From: Rhizophagus irregularis
Taxonomy: Eukaryota
Length of the DNA: 64,000 nt
Assembly (NCBI RefSeq): GCF_026210795.1
Contig: NC_089429.1
Span: 6,572,001-6,636,000, forward strand
Direction of reading: 5' to 3'
The notes beneath the pieces were generated by a model. That model did no database searches. It worked only from the letters and a program-made list of their open reading frames with translations, and was not told the origin of the DNA. Below, piece after piece: positions 39,785 through 53,448 of the stretch. Both the position numbers and the translations under genes were made by a program. Every line of letters starts with the position of its first letter. Positions within the stretch are counted from its first letter, which is position 1.

Positions 39785-40395
39785 TTGACTGACCGACCGC
39801 TCTGACTGACTGCTGACTTTTTGACTGACCACCTGACTGACTGTTTGACTGACCATTTGACTGACCATTTGACTGATAATGTTTTCACAACGTTTTTATT
39901 AAGGCAATTAAAAAAACATGCAATAACTTTTTTTTAATAAAAACATAATTAAAAAAATGTTGCAAAAACATTTTTTTTAATTAAATTACTAATAAAAAAT
40001 GTTTTCACAACGTTTTTTGTTAAAATAATTAAAAAAAGTTGCATAAATGTTTTTTTAATTAAATTACTAATAAAAAATGTTTTTGCAATGTTTTTGTTAA
40101 AATAATTAAAAATGTTTGTGAATAATATTTTTTTATTAAATTATTAATAAAAGACGTTTTCACAACATTTTCTATTAAAATAATTAAAAATTCGTACATT
40201 TTTTTAATTGCCTTAATAAAAATGTTGAGAAAACGTTATCGGTCAAACAGTTGGTCAAATGGTAAGTCAGAAGTCTTGTTCAACTGATATCGGTCATGGT
40301 CATGACCGGCCATAATCGGTTAATAACCATGACCATTGCCATTCCCAAAGGTTCTTGACCGGTTATGACCAACTGATGACTGATCATAACCGATC
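39785..40395 (-). mobile_element. Decayed, rearranged copy of the hAT MITE family at 51260-51696
   Basis: 40240-40347 is the reverse complement of the left end of the 51260 element. It has (tgac)n/gaccg motifs and the same AT-rich core, and is embedded in a region of tgtccagaa/ttctggaca motifs (39540-40750). Confidence 0.8.
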
Positions 40396-42019
40396 TGCAA
40401 TTTTAATCAATATGACAAAAAATGTTTAGAATGTCAATTTTTTGCTTTTTACATTTTTTTATAAAATTAATTTATCCTTTTTTAGAAACCAACATCCTGA
40501 ATTTGTCCAGAATTTAGTTATGTCCAGAAATTGTCCAGTTCAAATTGTCTGAATTTTGTTATGTCCAGAATTTGTCCAAGTTTGTCTGTCCTAAAATTGT
40601 TCTGAATTATAATACTGGGCATATTCTGGACAGAAACTGGACATTACAAAATTTGAAAATTAAATTGTATCAAACAACCGGACAATTTCCAGACATATCA
40701 AATATTTTCTGGACTATTTCCGGACATTACATAGACAATTTCTGGACATTTATTTTTCTATCAATTTTTAAAATAATTTGGATCAATAAAAAAAAATAAA
40801 TAAAATCAAAATAAAATCAAATGTTAATTGCTAAATTACATTAAATAGATTAATAAATAAGTATGTTTATTTAACTTCCCATAAATATATAATGTATTAA
40901 TAATTAAAAGAGCTAAATCATTTAATTTTCTAAAATAATTTGAATCAATAAAAAAAATAAATAAAATCAAAATAAAGTCAATGTTAATTGCTAAATTAGT
41001 ACATTAAATAGATTAATAAATAAGTATATTTATTTAATTTCTATAAATATGTAATGTATTAAAAATTGAAGGATTTAAATTTCTAACAATTTCTAGATCT
41101 AATAAAAAAAGTAAATAAAAAACAAAAAAATTAATGTTTTATTTAATAGAATAATTTTCAGATAATAATTTAAAGTTCTAATTTTCTGGCATTTTTGAAA
41201 TAATTTATATTTAATAGTAAAAAATAAAAACAAAAATCATTTTTTAAATGTTAAATTGCAATTGCATTAAACAAACATGTTCATAAATATATAATTTATT
41301 AAATAATTAACTTACATTAAATAAACTTTATGCAATTAAAATAAATTATAATAATTGGTAAAATATATTGGAGAAAATTTGTAAGTTTATTTATACATTT
41401 TCTTTATTAATTTATAATATAATTATACTGTATATGTTATGTTAAAGTAAACTTCCATAAATATGTGATGCATTAAAATAATAAATTATAGTAATTATAT
41501 CAATTATAAATTTTTATATATTTTTCTTTACAAAATTTTCATATAATATTTATAAAACATGATGTTCATATACTTTCATATATCAAATAAATTATAAAAA
41601 TAATATAAATATCTTTTTATATGTCTGATTTTTATTGGATATTAAATACAATAAAAAAAATTTTTTTTGGTTAAATATACCAAAGCGCTAAAAGTTAAAT
41701 TGCATTAACTTGCCATCAAGTAATTATTATATAAAGATAATACACAGCTTGTTGGATTGTATTAAGATGTATTAAATGGTAGAAGTTTTATACCTTTAGG
41801 ATTAATAAATAATAAGATATTAACATTTTTTTGAAAAGATTTTTTTTGTATTCTTAAATATTTCCCAAATGCCAATAACTTCCCATATATTGATGATAGA
41901 AAGTAGAAACCACCATTTAACAATTTAACATATCTTGATGAGACAAAGCTAACAAGTTGTAATTATTTTTTCTATGATCACTGGATTATGATAAATTAAT
42001 GCAATTTATAATATTTACA

Positions 42020-42212
42020 TTTATAATGCTGACCAAGTTTACAAAAACGGACATAAATGTCCGTTTTATAATTCTGGTCAAATTTGCAAACCGGACATTT
42101 ATGTCCGTTTTTATAATTCCGGCCAAATTTGAAAACTGGACATTTATGTCCATTTTATAATTCCGGCCAAATTTATGTCCGTTTTTATAATTCTGGTCAA
42201 ATTTGCAAACCG
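42020..42212. repeat. ~45-bp tandem repeat with dyad aaacggacat(a/t)..atgtccgttt
   Basis: About 4 copies of ttataattc(c/t)gg(c/t)caaatttgcaaaccggacatttatgtccgttt. Confidence 0.85.
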
Positions 42213-43483
42213 GTCGATCAACGAATTTAGAAAAGATAAAAATAGAAAATTTCTTAATATTTTTTTTCTAAATAAACGTCAACTCAATAATTTTAAAATG
42301 AATAGTTTCAAGAAAATGTATTTTTGGGGGGTTTTTTGGGCAACCGCACTTCTTAATGCCTTCTCTTATTTCCTATTAATAAAAATTATTATATTTTATT
42401 TTGAAATTCATTTATATCTTTTTATCGAAGCATGATTCCAAAATTTGCAATTTATTATTTCCCATGGTATGCGGGATGTGCAGTAAGATTAAATTATATG
42501 CATATGGAATGAAATATTAGTGAAATTTTTTTTTTTTGTTATTAACAAGTAAACAAATAATACAAATTTATTAAAAAAAAACCAATATTCTTAGTGCATC
42601 TGCTAATTCAACAAACCTAGAACTATGATCTAGTGCTATTGTATGGTGATTTGGTTGAGACAAGGACGGGAAACAGGGAACATTTTAAAAATTGATATAC
42701 GCTTTCCACTTAGTGAGTCTGAAGCCAAAAATAATCAACTGATTAGGGCAACATCGAATAAATGTACACGCTTAAGAAAGTTAACTATAAATGTTGACCC
42801 TACAAATTTGAAGAATTTTACACTATCATAGTTCATATTTTTATTACCTTTTTTTTTGCTGTACATTAAAACTTGTAAAATTATTTTTTACAATTAACGA
42901 CATCACTTTCTTCACATGAATTCATCATTTAATTTCCATTCAATTTCTTTTGTGTAAGTTTTTATTTTCTAAACAACTTTTCAATGCGAAAATTATGATA
43001 ATTTTATTCTGATCACAGTTTAATATAGAAAAAAATAATTAATGCATTCTTTTAGATATATAAATATACAAATAGTATATTTATAATATTAACATAACAA
43101 AAAAAAAATTATTTATAGGACCTTCGAGAAAGTTAATAGATAATGTTTCTGCCAATTTGGAAGCCTCATCTTCATTAATTTGTGATTTAATAAGAATTTG
43201 CACAGAATTATAGCATCAATAAGAATCATGCACTTGCACTTCCTACTATGAAAATTATCGACCTGTGGTTTAAACATTTGATTTAAAATCTTCTATATTT
43301 CTTTGAATTTATAAACCTTTACTTTTAATTACTTTTTAAAAATTATAAAAATGATTCAATTCATTGGTTGATTAAAATAGTAAATAATTATTAGGACAAT
43401 ACATATATTGGGATCATATATAAATATAAAAATTTTAAGTCACTAATATACAATATTTACAAAAGTCTAATATTCAGTATTAA

Positions 43484-44828
43484 TTAATGGATAATGATTT
43501 CCATATTTGAAGATTCTTTTAATGTGTCATTAATTTTTTGATCATCATCTTTACTCTCATCATCATCTTTAATCTCATCATCATCTTTAATCTCATCATC
43601 CCCAAGGCTCTCATCATTCTCATCTTCATTTTTTAATACAGTGCTTGCACATTCGAAGAATGATAATTTTTTCATTGATACAACTATTATTTTATCATTA
43701 TCAATAATTTGGCTGTGAGTTTGATCGCTAGAGGATAAAGTAGAGGATATATGATCATCAGTATTTTGAATAGATTTCACGGTCTTTGTTGACGATCCAC
43801 CTTTACCCTCAATGGCATGAACAATTTCAGCATCGATGGTGATTACGTAAGATAGCAAAATGTATATTATGCATTTCACAGTCATCGATGGACCTTCTTC
43901 TAGAAGATAAAATATATCCAAAACAGCAAAAAGATGAAAGATGAAAGATATTATCAATCGTAAATAATTCCAGTACGTAACTGCTGTGAATAATGTTCTC
44001 TTGCTTCTAATATTTAAAGACAATTTAGAAGCATTTTTATTGGCATTTTTTAAAATAAGGATTAAACGTGTGGTCACATATATATCAATTAAAAAGTCCG
44101 TGACAATTCCTCCAATACTGTAAGGGGCAATATTAAGATAATCGTAATAACAAATAGATGTTTCACTTTCGGATACATATTCGGTAGTTATTTGTTGGAA
44201 AATTAGGTATGGGATCTATAAAAATAATTATTGATATCGATACTCAGTTATTATTTGTTTTTAATTTGTTTTTAAAAGGAGAAAGTATCAATATTTTAGC
44301 AGAAAATGTACCGTAAATGCAGTTCTAATTACAAATAATAAAATGCATATCCGTTTATCCCAGTCTTTACTTTTCATATCTATTTGCCTTATCCTCCATA
44401 ATAAGAAAGCTGTTAATGATAATCTTGATATGATGTTTCCGATATACGTAATGTATAAAGAGGCAGCGCATTGAAGGATTGTAGGGACTTTCGGAGTCAT
44501 ATAAATGCCAACAGCCCCAGAATTGCGCACAATTTGACCAAAATTGAAAACAATTTTAAGAATACTTGAAGCGTGTGTTTTACGTATTTTATATGAAATT
44601 ATCGAAACGATCATGTTGTGAATGCATATCTATAAAAAGGGATAAAAGTAGTAATCATTGATTAACATTTAACACCAGAGAGTTCTTCTACTTTAGACTC
44701 AAGATTGTTTTTTAGAACTTCTCTGCTTACTTTTTAATCAAAATTTTATTTTAAAATTATCTTACCATAATAGATGCTCCCAACAAAAAGCCAATATATG
44801 CTTGCGTCTGAATAAAATTGATTTCCAT
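43484..44828 (-). CDS. Seven-transmembrane, GPCR-like protein, ~370 aa, complement(join(43484..44215,44312..44629,44766..44828))
   Basis: Two phase-0 GT-AG introns join the exons without stops. About seven hydrophobic segments, with Cys at the top of TM3 (LQCAAS) and in the TM4-5 loop (SICYY), 'FLLWRIRQI' at the end of TM3 and an acidic C-tail. Confidence 0.8.
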
Positions 44829-47800
44829 TTTTATGCTTTGGATGAAAAAAAAATAATTGTGGGAGAAGGTGGAGCGTTTCTTTTTAAATTCTAAAATTTT
44901 ATTCATTCATTTCTAAAAAGGATTAAATATCCAGCAAAATGTACACATTCATTTTGGTCATTTTGGTCTAATATTAAAAAAATTGTGTTACGTAATCTGG
45001 AAGTATATTGTGCCGATCCCAATTATAAATAAACTTAGTATTATATTTAGCCTCAAATCAAGAAATTTAAATGGAAATGATAAATTTTGATGATCATTTT
45101 CGTCTCTGTTATTTCAAATTTATCATCTTTGTACGATAAACAAATGTAATTAAGCTGCAGTATGTCTAGTTAAGTTGAACAGCTTCTCTAAAAAGAATTT
45201 TTAAAAATAATTGAAACCAATAAAATGATAAATGGGCTTTTTTCTTACCGAAAATTAGCGTAAAATCAGCCAAGAAATTCAGATTGTTCAACATACCAGG
45301 CATTAAAATTAATATTGTAATAAAAAATTTATTAAACCTAATTAATTTGTATTTATTAAAAGAAAAAAAATCTAATCTAAATCTCTGTTTGCCGACACCA
45401 AGTATTTAAGATTTACATAAACTTCTTTCCGCATATGGACATTACCGACTAATTAATAGAAAACGGGTTCTAATGCCAACTAGCAACTGAAACCATAATT
45501 TTATGTTTTGGTCAGTAAGAACCGAAATGATTGATTTCGTGTTTTTATTCTGCATTCATACTAAACATTGTTAGTTATTGAGGTTAATTTTTTTTCGGCA
45601 ATAGTATTTTCCATTTTGTAATATTAACCGATTTCTGAAAACAATTAATTTCCTATTTCAGAAGTAGTATTGTCTGACCGGTCGATCAACGAATTTGGAA
45701 TAAAAAATTGATTCTTAGAATATTTTTTTTTCCTAAATAAAACGTCAACTCAATAATTTTAAAATACGTTTTTATTAGCTAATAATATTATATTATATAT
45801 ACACAATATATACCGTCTATCACACCCTTCGTTTATTTTCTATTATTACATTTTATTTATAATTCTTATATATCTTTTTATCGAAGCATGCTTCCAAAAT
45901 TTGCGGAGTTTATTATTTCCATGGTATACAGTATATGTAGTAAAATTAAAATTATATGCATACGAGAAACTCCCACAACAAGTAGAGATTCGATTCTAAA
46001 TCCGTCCATTCGGATAGTCCGCCTTAAATCCGATCCGAACCCAGATAACGGGATACATAATCCGTTAGATAATCCGTTATCTAGGTAAAATTCGTAATTT
46101 CTGCTCAAAAATTGTGTCTAGATTTTATTTTATTTTATTTTATTGGTTATTCTTTCTTTCTTTCTCTCGCTTTCTTAGTTAATAGTTTGTTATTTTTTTT
46201 AAAAAAAAAAAATTTTTAGCACGTATAGAAATAAAATTTTATAATAATACGCGTTTTTTATTTATTTTATTTTTTTTTAAATAGAACTTTCATAGAACTT
46301 TGTGCAACTAAGTTAACTCTTTTCTCACTAAATATTGTTTGGCAGGTATATATTATGTTCATAGAGTGTAGATAGATTAATCAAAAAATTATATTTAGAT
46401 TCAAAGAGATAAATTTCTGAAACTAAATTGTTAGATAGAAGGTTATTTTTTGTAGGTAAAATCCTAATTTTAACAAAATATTTAACAAAACGTTCCTTTT
46501 ATGAAAAAATATATACACAACAAAATATAACGTTATATGAAAAAATAAATATATAAATATATATACATACAGTATATCGGTATATGCTCATAAAGTTGTA
46601 AATTGTAATTATACTCGTGTGCGGATTTGTTAATAGATGAAATATACAAAACTTCAATATATTTAAGTCAACTTATTACTCTATTTATTTTATATCGTAC
46701 ACATCCAAGGATGCTTACGATAATATTATACACTAATACACATGATACGTTAAGGAATGCTGGATCAGTCACATACAGGTACTACCTGTAGAAAAAATTT
46801 GGGAAATAAAAATTATACACAGTATTTTTTTTAATAAAACTTTATTTTTAACTAAATGCAATACAAATACTATACAGCAAATATAAATCAAAAGTTTGTC
46901 CTATAATAAAAAATAAATTTCAACACTCAAACATTTTGTCTAAAAAGTTCTGAACGTTAATTCAAATATTCAAATACCCTTCCAATAATTCTGGATGTTA
47001 ATTTCAAGTCTCTAAATATAAAAAAAGATGTTCTTGAATAATAAATACAAAAATTTAACAGCACTTTCAAAAATACCTTTCATATGGGCCGATCCGCGGA
47101 ATTGACCTTAAAAATCGTATAATCATCCATTAATTAATAATTTATAATTTAAAAACTATCACAAAAATGATTGGATGGGCGATACTATCACGTGCATAAA
47201 GAATCATATTATAAACGTACGTGAAATTTCAAAAAATTTATGTATTTTACCATTATATTATTAAATCATGCAAAATTATGCTCAACTAAAAGCTCTATTT
47301 TGAGTGTAATTTAATGATAATATTTTTACAAAAAACGGATTTAAATTAGCTAAATTATTTATTTTTGTAGTATAATATTTATTTTTCTCAAAAAAATTAT
47401 ATCTTTGTAACTTATGTTTAAAATTAGGTGAAATTATAACAAAATAAGGGTTTAACTAAGGTGATTCTAACAATACTAAAATAGAAATATTTATTAACAA
47501 GGGGTTAGGAAAGTCACAAAAAGTTCCCCCACTCTCTCTCTGATTTTTGAATAATAAAATTTGCCTAATTTTGAAATAAATAAAAATTTTTTGTTATTAC
47601 TTAGATTCTTTAATAAAATATGATATAAACAAACAAGAAATAAAATCACAACAAGTTTTGTCTAAAGTCCCAAACTTTTACAACTTCTTACAACTCTACT
47701 GAACGCCGAGAACTTTTAGAAAACAAAAAAAAATAGTTACCAACTATATTTAATATGCAAATAACGTGAAATTATCACCTATACCAAAAACCCATTGGAA

Positions 47801-48154
47801 ACTTAAAAACCCATTAGATTTCGCGCTGTTTATTTGTATCTATGGAAAATATTTTTATTTCAAAGTACAAAAAAAATTTTTTTTTAACCGGTCGGCATCA
47901 TATAGATGATCATGTAACACAATTGAAATAGGAAGTTGTGGAATAAATGTCACGTTTTTTTAATAAATTTTATAAATCCTTAATTTCAGCCGATTCTGTA
48001 GATCGGCCCATATGAATATGTGTTCTTATTTTAAAAGAATTCTGATAAGATTTTACGTTTATTGAGAAAAAAATTATTTGTATTGTAATTTGCATCAGGA
48101 AACAATTCGTTATGTCAATGCACGTCATTTGACTTGTAACTTCTAAAATTTTTT

Positions 48155-49058
48155 TTAAAAAAAGCATAGAATATCTACATTATATACTATGTTTTTTATA
48201 GTAATTGATTCTACTTCAGGCAGAACGTATATCATGTCCAAAACAGCTAGAGAATGAAAGACAAAAGATACGAATAGTCGTAAGAAATTCCAATACATAA
48301 CGGCTGTGAATAACGATCGTTTGCTTTTAATATTTGTTGAAACTTGAGCAGCGTTCTTATTAGCGTTGATTAATATTTGAACTAAGCGAAAGGGTATAAA
48401 TATATCGATAAGAAATTCCACGGCAATTCCACTAGCGCCATAAGGTATAGGAGTAAAAGAGTCAACAAAACAACCAACTAAATCAACATCAGGAACGTAT
48501 TCGGTAGATGCCCGTTGAAAAATAAAATATGGAATCTGAAATAATATTGGATTATCAATTTTTTTTTTTCTTCTTCTTTTTTTATAAATTATTAATAATT
48601 ATTAATAAAAAACTTACCGAAAGCGCAATTTTAATTGAAAATAATATAATACTTATCCATTTATCTGACCCAAAATTATGTACATTACGTATTTGTCTTA
48701 AACGCCATATCAAGAACGCTGATAATGATAATCTCGTTATAATATTTCCGACTATTATAGTTCTCAGAAGAGCATCACATTGAGTGTACGTAGCTTTTTT
48801 TGATGTCATATAAAGACCTAAATTTGCTTCCGAGCGCACAATTTGAGCAAAATTGAAAATAATTTTTAGTATATTCGAAGTATTTGTCTGACGAGCTTTG
48901 TACAGCATTGCCGAAATGAACAAATTGTGAAAAGACATTTATAAAAAAGAATAAAATATTAATATTTAAAGAAATAATGTATATCAAATAAAAAGAATTA
49001 CCATGATAGATGCACCCGACCAAAATCCTATATATGTTTGAATCTGAATAAAGTTCAT
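48155..49058 (-). pseudogene. Paralogous 7TM/GPCR-like gene, probably pseudogenised
   Basis: Same exon structure (49058-49002, 48938-48618, 48535-48155) and clear similarity to the 43484 gene. The intron-1 acceptor reads AA instead of AG (48940-48939), and homology stops within TM7 ('IKNIVY' then unrelated 'NVDILCFF*'). Confidence 0.75.
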
Positions 49059-49309
49059 TTTGTATATTTTGTATAGAGATTTCTTGAAATTTTTAAAAGA
49101 CTTTAAAATGCTTATATAGAGTGGTACATAAAAAATTAAAGTTCTTATATTTATAAAGAACAAGAAAGTTGATAAGAAATTCTTATTTAAATCTTTTAAC
49201 AGAATAATACTAACGAATCAAAAACTGTAAATTATTATGAATTGTATAAATAACAATGAACATTGTTACCTGTTAAAATTTTTGACGTAATACAATACTA
49301 ATACAATTA

Positions 49310-49493
49310 CAGTCTAACCTCGATATACCGATATTAAAAATACCGATATACTATTAAAAACTTGATATACCGATAAAATTTTATTTTCCCACTATATGTG
49401 AGGACATATAAATATCGGTATAACTTTGATATAACGATATTTTCTAAAAATTTCATATATGTCCCGACATATCGTTATATAAAGGTTTGACTG
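49310..49493. mobile_element. pogo/Tigger-type MITE, 184 bp
   Basis: 25-bp TIRs CAGTCTAACCTCGATATACCGATAT vs rc CAGTCAAACCTTTATATAACGATAT, TA on both sides, internal gatataccgata repeats. Confidence 0.85.
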
Positions 49494-49636
49494 TAATACA
49501 ATGAAAATCATCATCTTTGTTTTTAAAACAATGTACATGAAATAAATATATTTAGACGAAAAACAATATTCATTTATGGGTCGACATTGAGACATTCAGT
49601 TGCCTAAAATTGAAAATCTATGAAACCTTAATACTC

Positions 49637-50137
49637 GAGGACCCTGAATAAAAAAAATTAAAATTTTTTTTTGAGGAGTTTTGTCGTCAAATTTCCTTTT
49701 AAGAGGTCACGTGTATAAAATTACTTCTTACTATATATACAGTATTATAGAGTCAGTACGGTTGATATTTTTTTTTATATAACGTCCAATCGTCCAAATA
49801 ATCATGGACATTGGTGTCCAAATTATCATCACTATGGTAAAATGGGCATTGTGGTTATTTGAACATCAATGTCCATTTAGTATATTAAAAAAAAAAACAA
49901 AAAAAATTTTTATTATGGTACGGAAATTAATCAAACAGGTTTTTCAAAATCTCAAAATCGTACCATACTCGAATATCTAATCTTAGAAAAGATGAACAAG
50001 ATTTATGTCGTACATATTGTTGGAGTTTTATAAACACATTTTATCAAATTTTCGTCATACACTTTATGTTTATATTTACCAGTTTATCTATTTCCCAGAC
50101 AAGGTTCACTTATAAAATTTTTTATTCAGGGGTCCTT
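49637..50137. mobile_element. MITE with ~20-bp TIR and 4-bp TSD (Sola-like; family call tentative)
   Basis: ACTC|GAGGACCCTGAATAAAAAA ... TTTTTTATTCAGGGGTCCTT|ACTC. Confidence 0.65.
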
Positions 50138-51116
50138 ACTCAAGTCGGATATTAAATGGGTATTAATATTATCTTCCATTTACTAATTTACCGTTCCCGT
50201 AAAATTTATATTTTGAAAATATAATTTAAGGATATTAAAGAATATTAAGAAAATATAAATAAAATTTCATTGATTTTTTAATTAATGCACGATTGCACGG
50301 TATTTCAAATTAATATTTTACAATATTAAAAATTATATTGAAATTTGATATATCATATCAAATTACTATTAATATTAACTGAACTTGAATGAGCATTCTT
50401 CATTTTGTATAAATTTCATAGAAACATGAACTAAAATTCATTGATATAGATAGATATTATACAAGATAAATAAGTTCTTTCAATAGGATCCTAAATGAAA
50501 AGCAAAAACCGCGTTTGGATCATTGCAAAATCTTATTGAATACGATATGTATGCATGAAATCAGCTTCAGTTATGATTTAACGAAAAAATAATTGATTTC
50601 GCACATTCAGTTCGTATTTAATTACGGCCGATAGAGTATCTTGTGTATCAAAATTTCATATGATCAAACACCGATATAAGTTATACCAAAAAAAATCTAA
50701 TTCGATAAATTTTTATATAGATATTGATTATTATCTTGTCGGATTTGATATTGATTATTTTTTCTCATATTATTTATTTATTGTTTGTATTATTTATCAT
50801 TTTATAATTCCTTTTGTATTTATTATTTAGTTTTTTATATCTATTCATCTTGTTGATTTTTATCGAATTACAAAATGTTTCTGCTTCCTTAGTACTGTAT
50901 ATCAGTATTTTAGTGAATAAAACATGGCGTCGAATAGCCGTACCTAACGTTATTGAAATATTTTTCTTATGCTTTTTAACAAGGATCACGTGACATGACT
51001 TATACAATGTTACTGCGCATTTTTTACTAAATGGCCTAAAGGATTAATCGACTAAAAATAACATTAAATTACCTTTAACCCGTATCACACGAGTTACATC
51101 GGCTTTGGTTCACCAT

Positions 51117-51214
51117 CCCTATAAAAATTTTTCAGAAAATTGATCACATATTGGAGTTTTTCTGGAGAACAATGAACATTTATCGGAATTTTCCCCAGAA
51201 AATTTTTTATAAGG
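51117..51214. mobile_element. 98-bp CACTA/CMC-like MITE
   Basis: CAT|CCCTATAAAAATTTT ... AAAATTTTTTATAAGG|CAT (3-bp TSD). Confidence 0.6.
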
Positions 51215-51259
51215 CATCATAATGGGAATAGCTAACAATTTCGAATTTTAATCCGTAAG

Positions 51260-51696
51260 TAGGGATGGCAACGGTCACGGTCATTAACCGATTATGACCG
51301 GTCATGACCGTGACCGATATCGGTCGGTCAAGACTTCTGACCGACCGTTTGACTGACCGTTTGACCGACCGTTTGACCAACCAAATTTTTTTATGGAAAA
51401 TTTAATAAAAAACGTCGCGAAAACGTTTTTTTATTAATAATTAATTAAAAAAAAATGTTTTTTGCAAACGTTTTAATCATTTTAACAAAAAACGTTGCGA
51501 AAACGTTTTTTATTAATAATTTAATAAAAAATAAACGTTTTCGCACGTTTTTTCAATTGCCTTAATAAAAACACTGCGAAAATATAAAAAAAATGATCGG
51601 TCAAATGGTCGGTCAAACGGTCGGTCGGTCGGTCAAAGGTTCTTGACCGGTCATGACCGACCGATGACCGACCATGACCGACCGTTGCCATCCCTA
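51260..51696. mobile_element. hAT-type MITE, 437 bp, young
   Basis: Perfect 17-bp TIR TAGGGATGGCAACGGTC. Exact 8-bp TSD TCCGTAAG (51252-59, 51697-704). Dense GACCG subterminal motifs. Confidence 0.95.
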
Positions 51697-53448
51697 TCCG
51701 TAAGTACATTCCTTTTAAAAGAATATAATACTGTATTGTCTTGAAATTTGAAATTAATAACGTAGTATTTTGTTTTTATTTTTTTTTAAAAAAAACAGGA
51801 AAAGAAAAATGCAAGTAGATTTTAATAATATTCTGAAAAGGCTGTCAAATCATTTTACGTAAAAATTTGCTTCCAGCGTCGCTAAAGAAAAAATTTTTTA
51901 ACTAATCATACAATATAAAAATTAACGAACCTCCCAGTTTTAAGCAATTGGTTACGTCATTAGCTACTTTTTAGGCAATATCACTAATTTGTATAACATC
52001 GTAACCATAAGTAGTAAGTATATATCGATCAAAATTGTGAAGCTAATTATTCGGAACATTATTCTGTAATCTGTATCACTTTAAAAAAAAAATCCCGGCC
52101 CAAAAGACATTAAGGGATAATTAATTTGTTTAAAAAACGTTGCGAAAACATTTATTCTTTGGCTATATTTGATCTACTATAAATGCATTTTTATCATCAA
52201 TACGAGAGATAGCTGTGCCTTATCATTATTGATACTTTCGTCAGACACTAAAAGTATATACAATAATGATGGTTGTGATATTTGCAGTCATATTTTAAAA
52301 TTTTTCGTTTAAATAAGCCTTCTTTAAAAAAAAATGAATAAATGGTGGTAAAAAGTAAATGAATTACTCTTATATATTGGTTTTTTTGCCAATAAAACAA
52401 ATGTGATTTATTTATTTAAATAAATTACAAAAAATCAAAAATTATGATTTTATTACAATTTATTACAATATGAAAAAGTGTTATTTATCAAAAAATTTGC
52501 GATTGTATCAAAAAATTATAATTTAATATATGGAAAAAGTGCGATTTTATCAAAAAATTACAATTTATTAAAAAATAAAAAATGTGTAATTTTGTTGAAA
52601 AAATTACGATTGCATTAAACAATAATAAAAATACAACATTATTAGATAATCTTTATTATTTTTTTTTTATGATAAAAAATTGTGCAATTTCATTTGTAAT
52701 AATCTTATTTATAGTTACGACTAGTGCTAGAATGTGAATTCCAATTTTGATTGTAAGTGTTGTAAGTGATGATCATCTTCCAATTTCTAAAATTCATTTC
52801 TGTTTCGTTCAATGTTATCAGTTGATATTGATTTATTGAAATTGAAATTAAATTGAATTTGAAATTGAAATTTATTTATTAAAAAACACCCTTGCTTTTT
52901 TAGAATATAGCGTAATATCATAGTAGCCAATCACAAAGACATAACTAGCTATCGTGATCTGTATATATCTGATATTGATAAATAAATTGATAACAATAGA
53001 GTAACACATAAATTTTCATTGTTTTTTTTTTTGTGTTATTTGTGGAACATGCGTTATAAAATTTTTTTATGATATAAAAAATAATATATATACATGTGCG
53101 TCAGCGTCGGCTGACAGCTGACGTATAACGACTGGCCTAGTAATGCTGGCCAACCAACTTAAGGCATTATAATATTGGGCAATATTGGGCCGATAATGTT
53201 GGCGGCATCTGAAGATAAGCCATCGATTATTATTTATAATCTAAAATCATTTATATCACTACTAAAAATGAGTATGTGTTTTGATGATCATTTCATCGGG
53301 TCACTTTATTTTTAAAAAATCTAAAAAAAATTGTAACACTATATTTTAGAGAGCACGACAGATTACCGAATAGGAAAAAGCTATGATAAACTTTAAACAA
53401 AAACATCGTCATTGATAACTTGTACTCTTGTACTTTTTCATTCTTAAA

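Noticed and set aside
42643..42831. Possible LRR fragment of an F-box family gene ('NQLIRATSNKCTRLRKLTINV')
   Set aside because: Suggestive only; a single short fragment without an F-box.
43110..43310. Possible small-GTPase fragment on minus strand ('INEDEASKLAETLSINFLE')
   Set aside because: No P-loop or intact NKxD motif visible; too short to support.
45983..46090. TAGAGATTCG... with TCCG motifs as a hAT left end
   Set aside because: No matching right TIR or TSD found.
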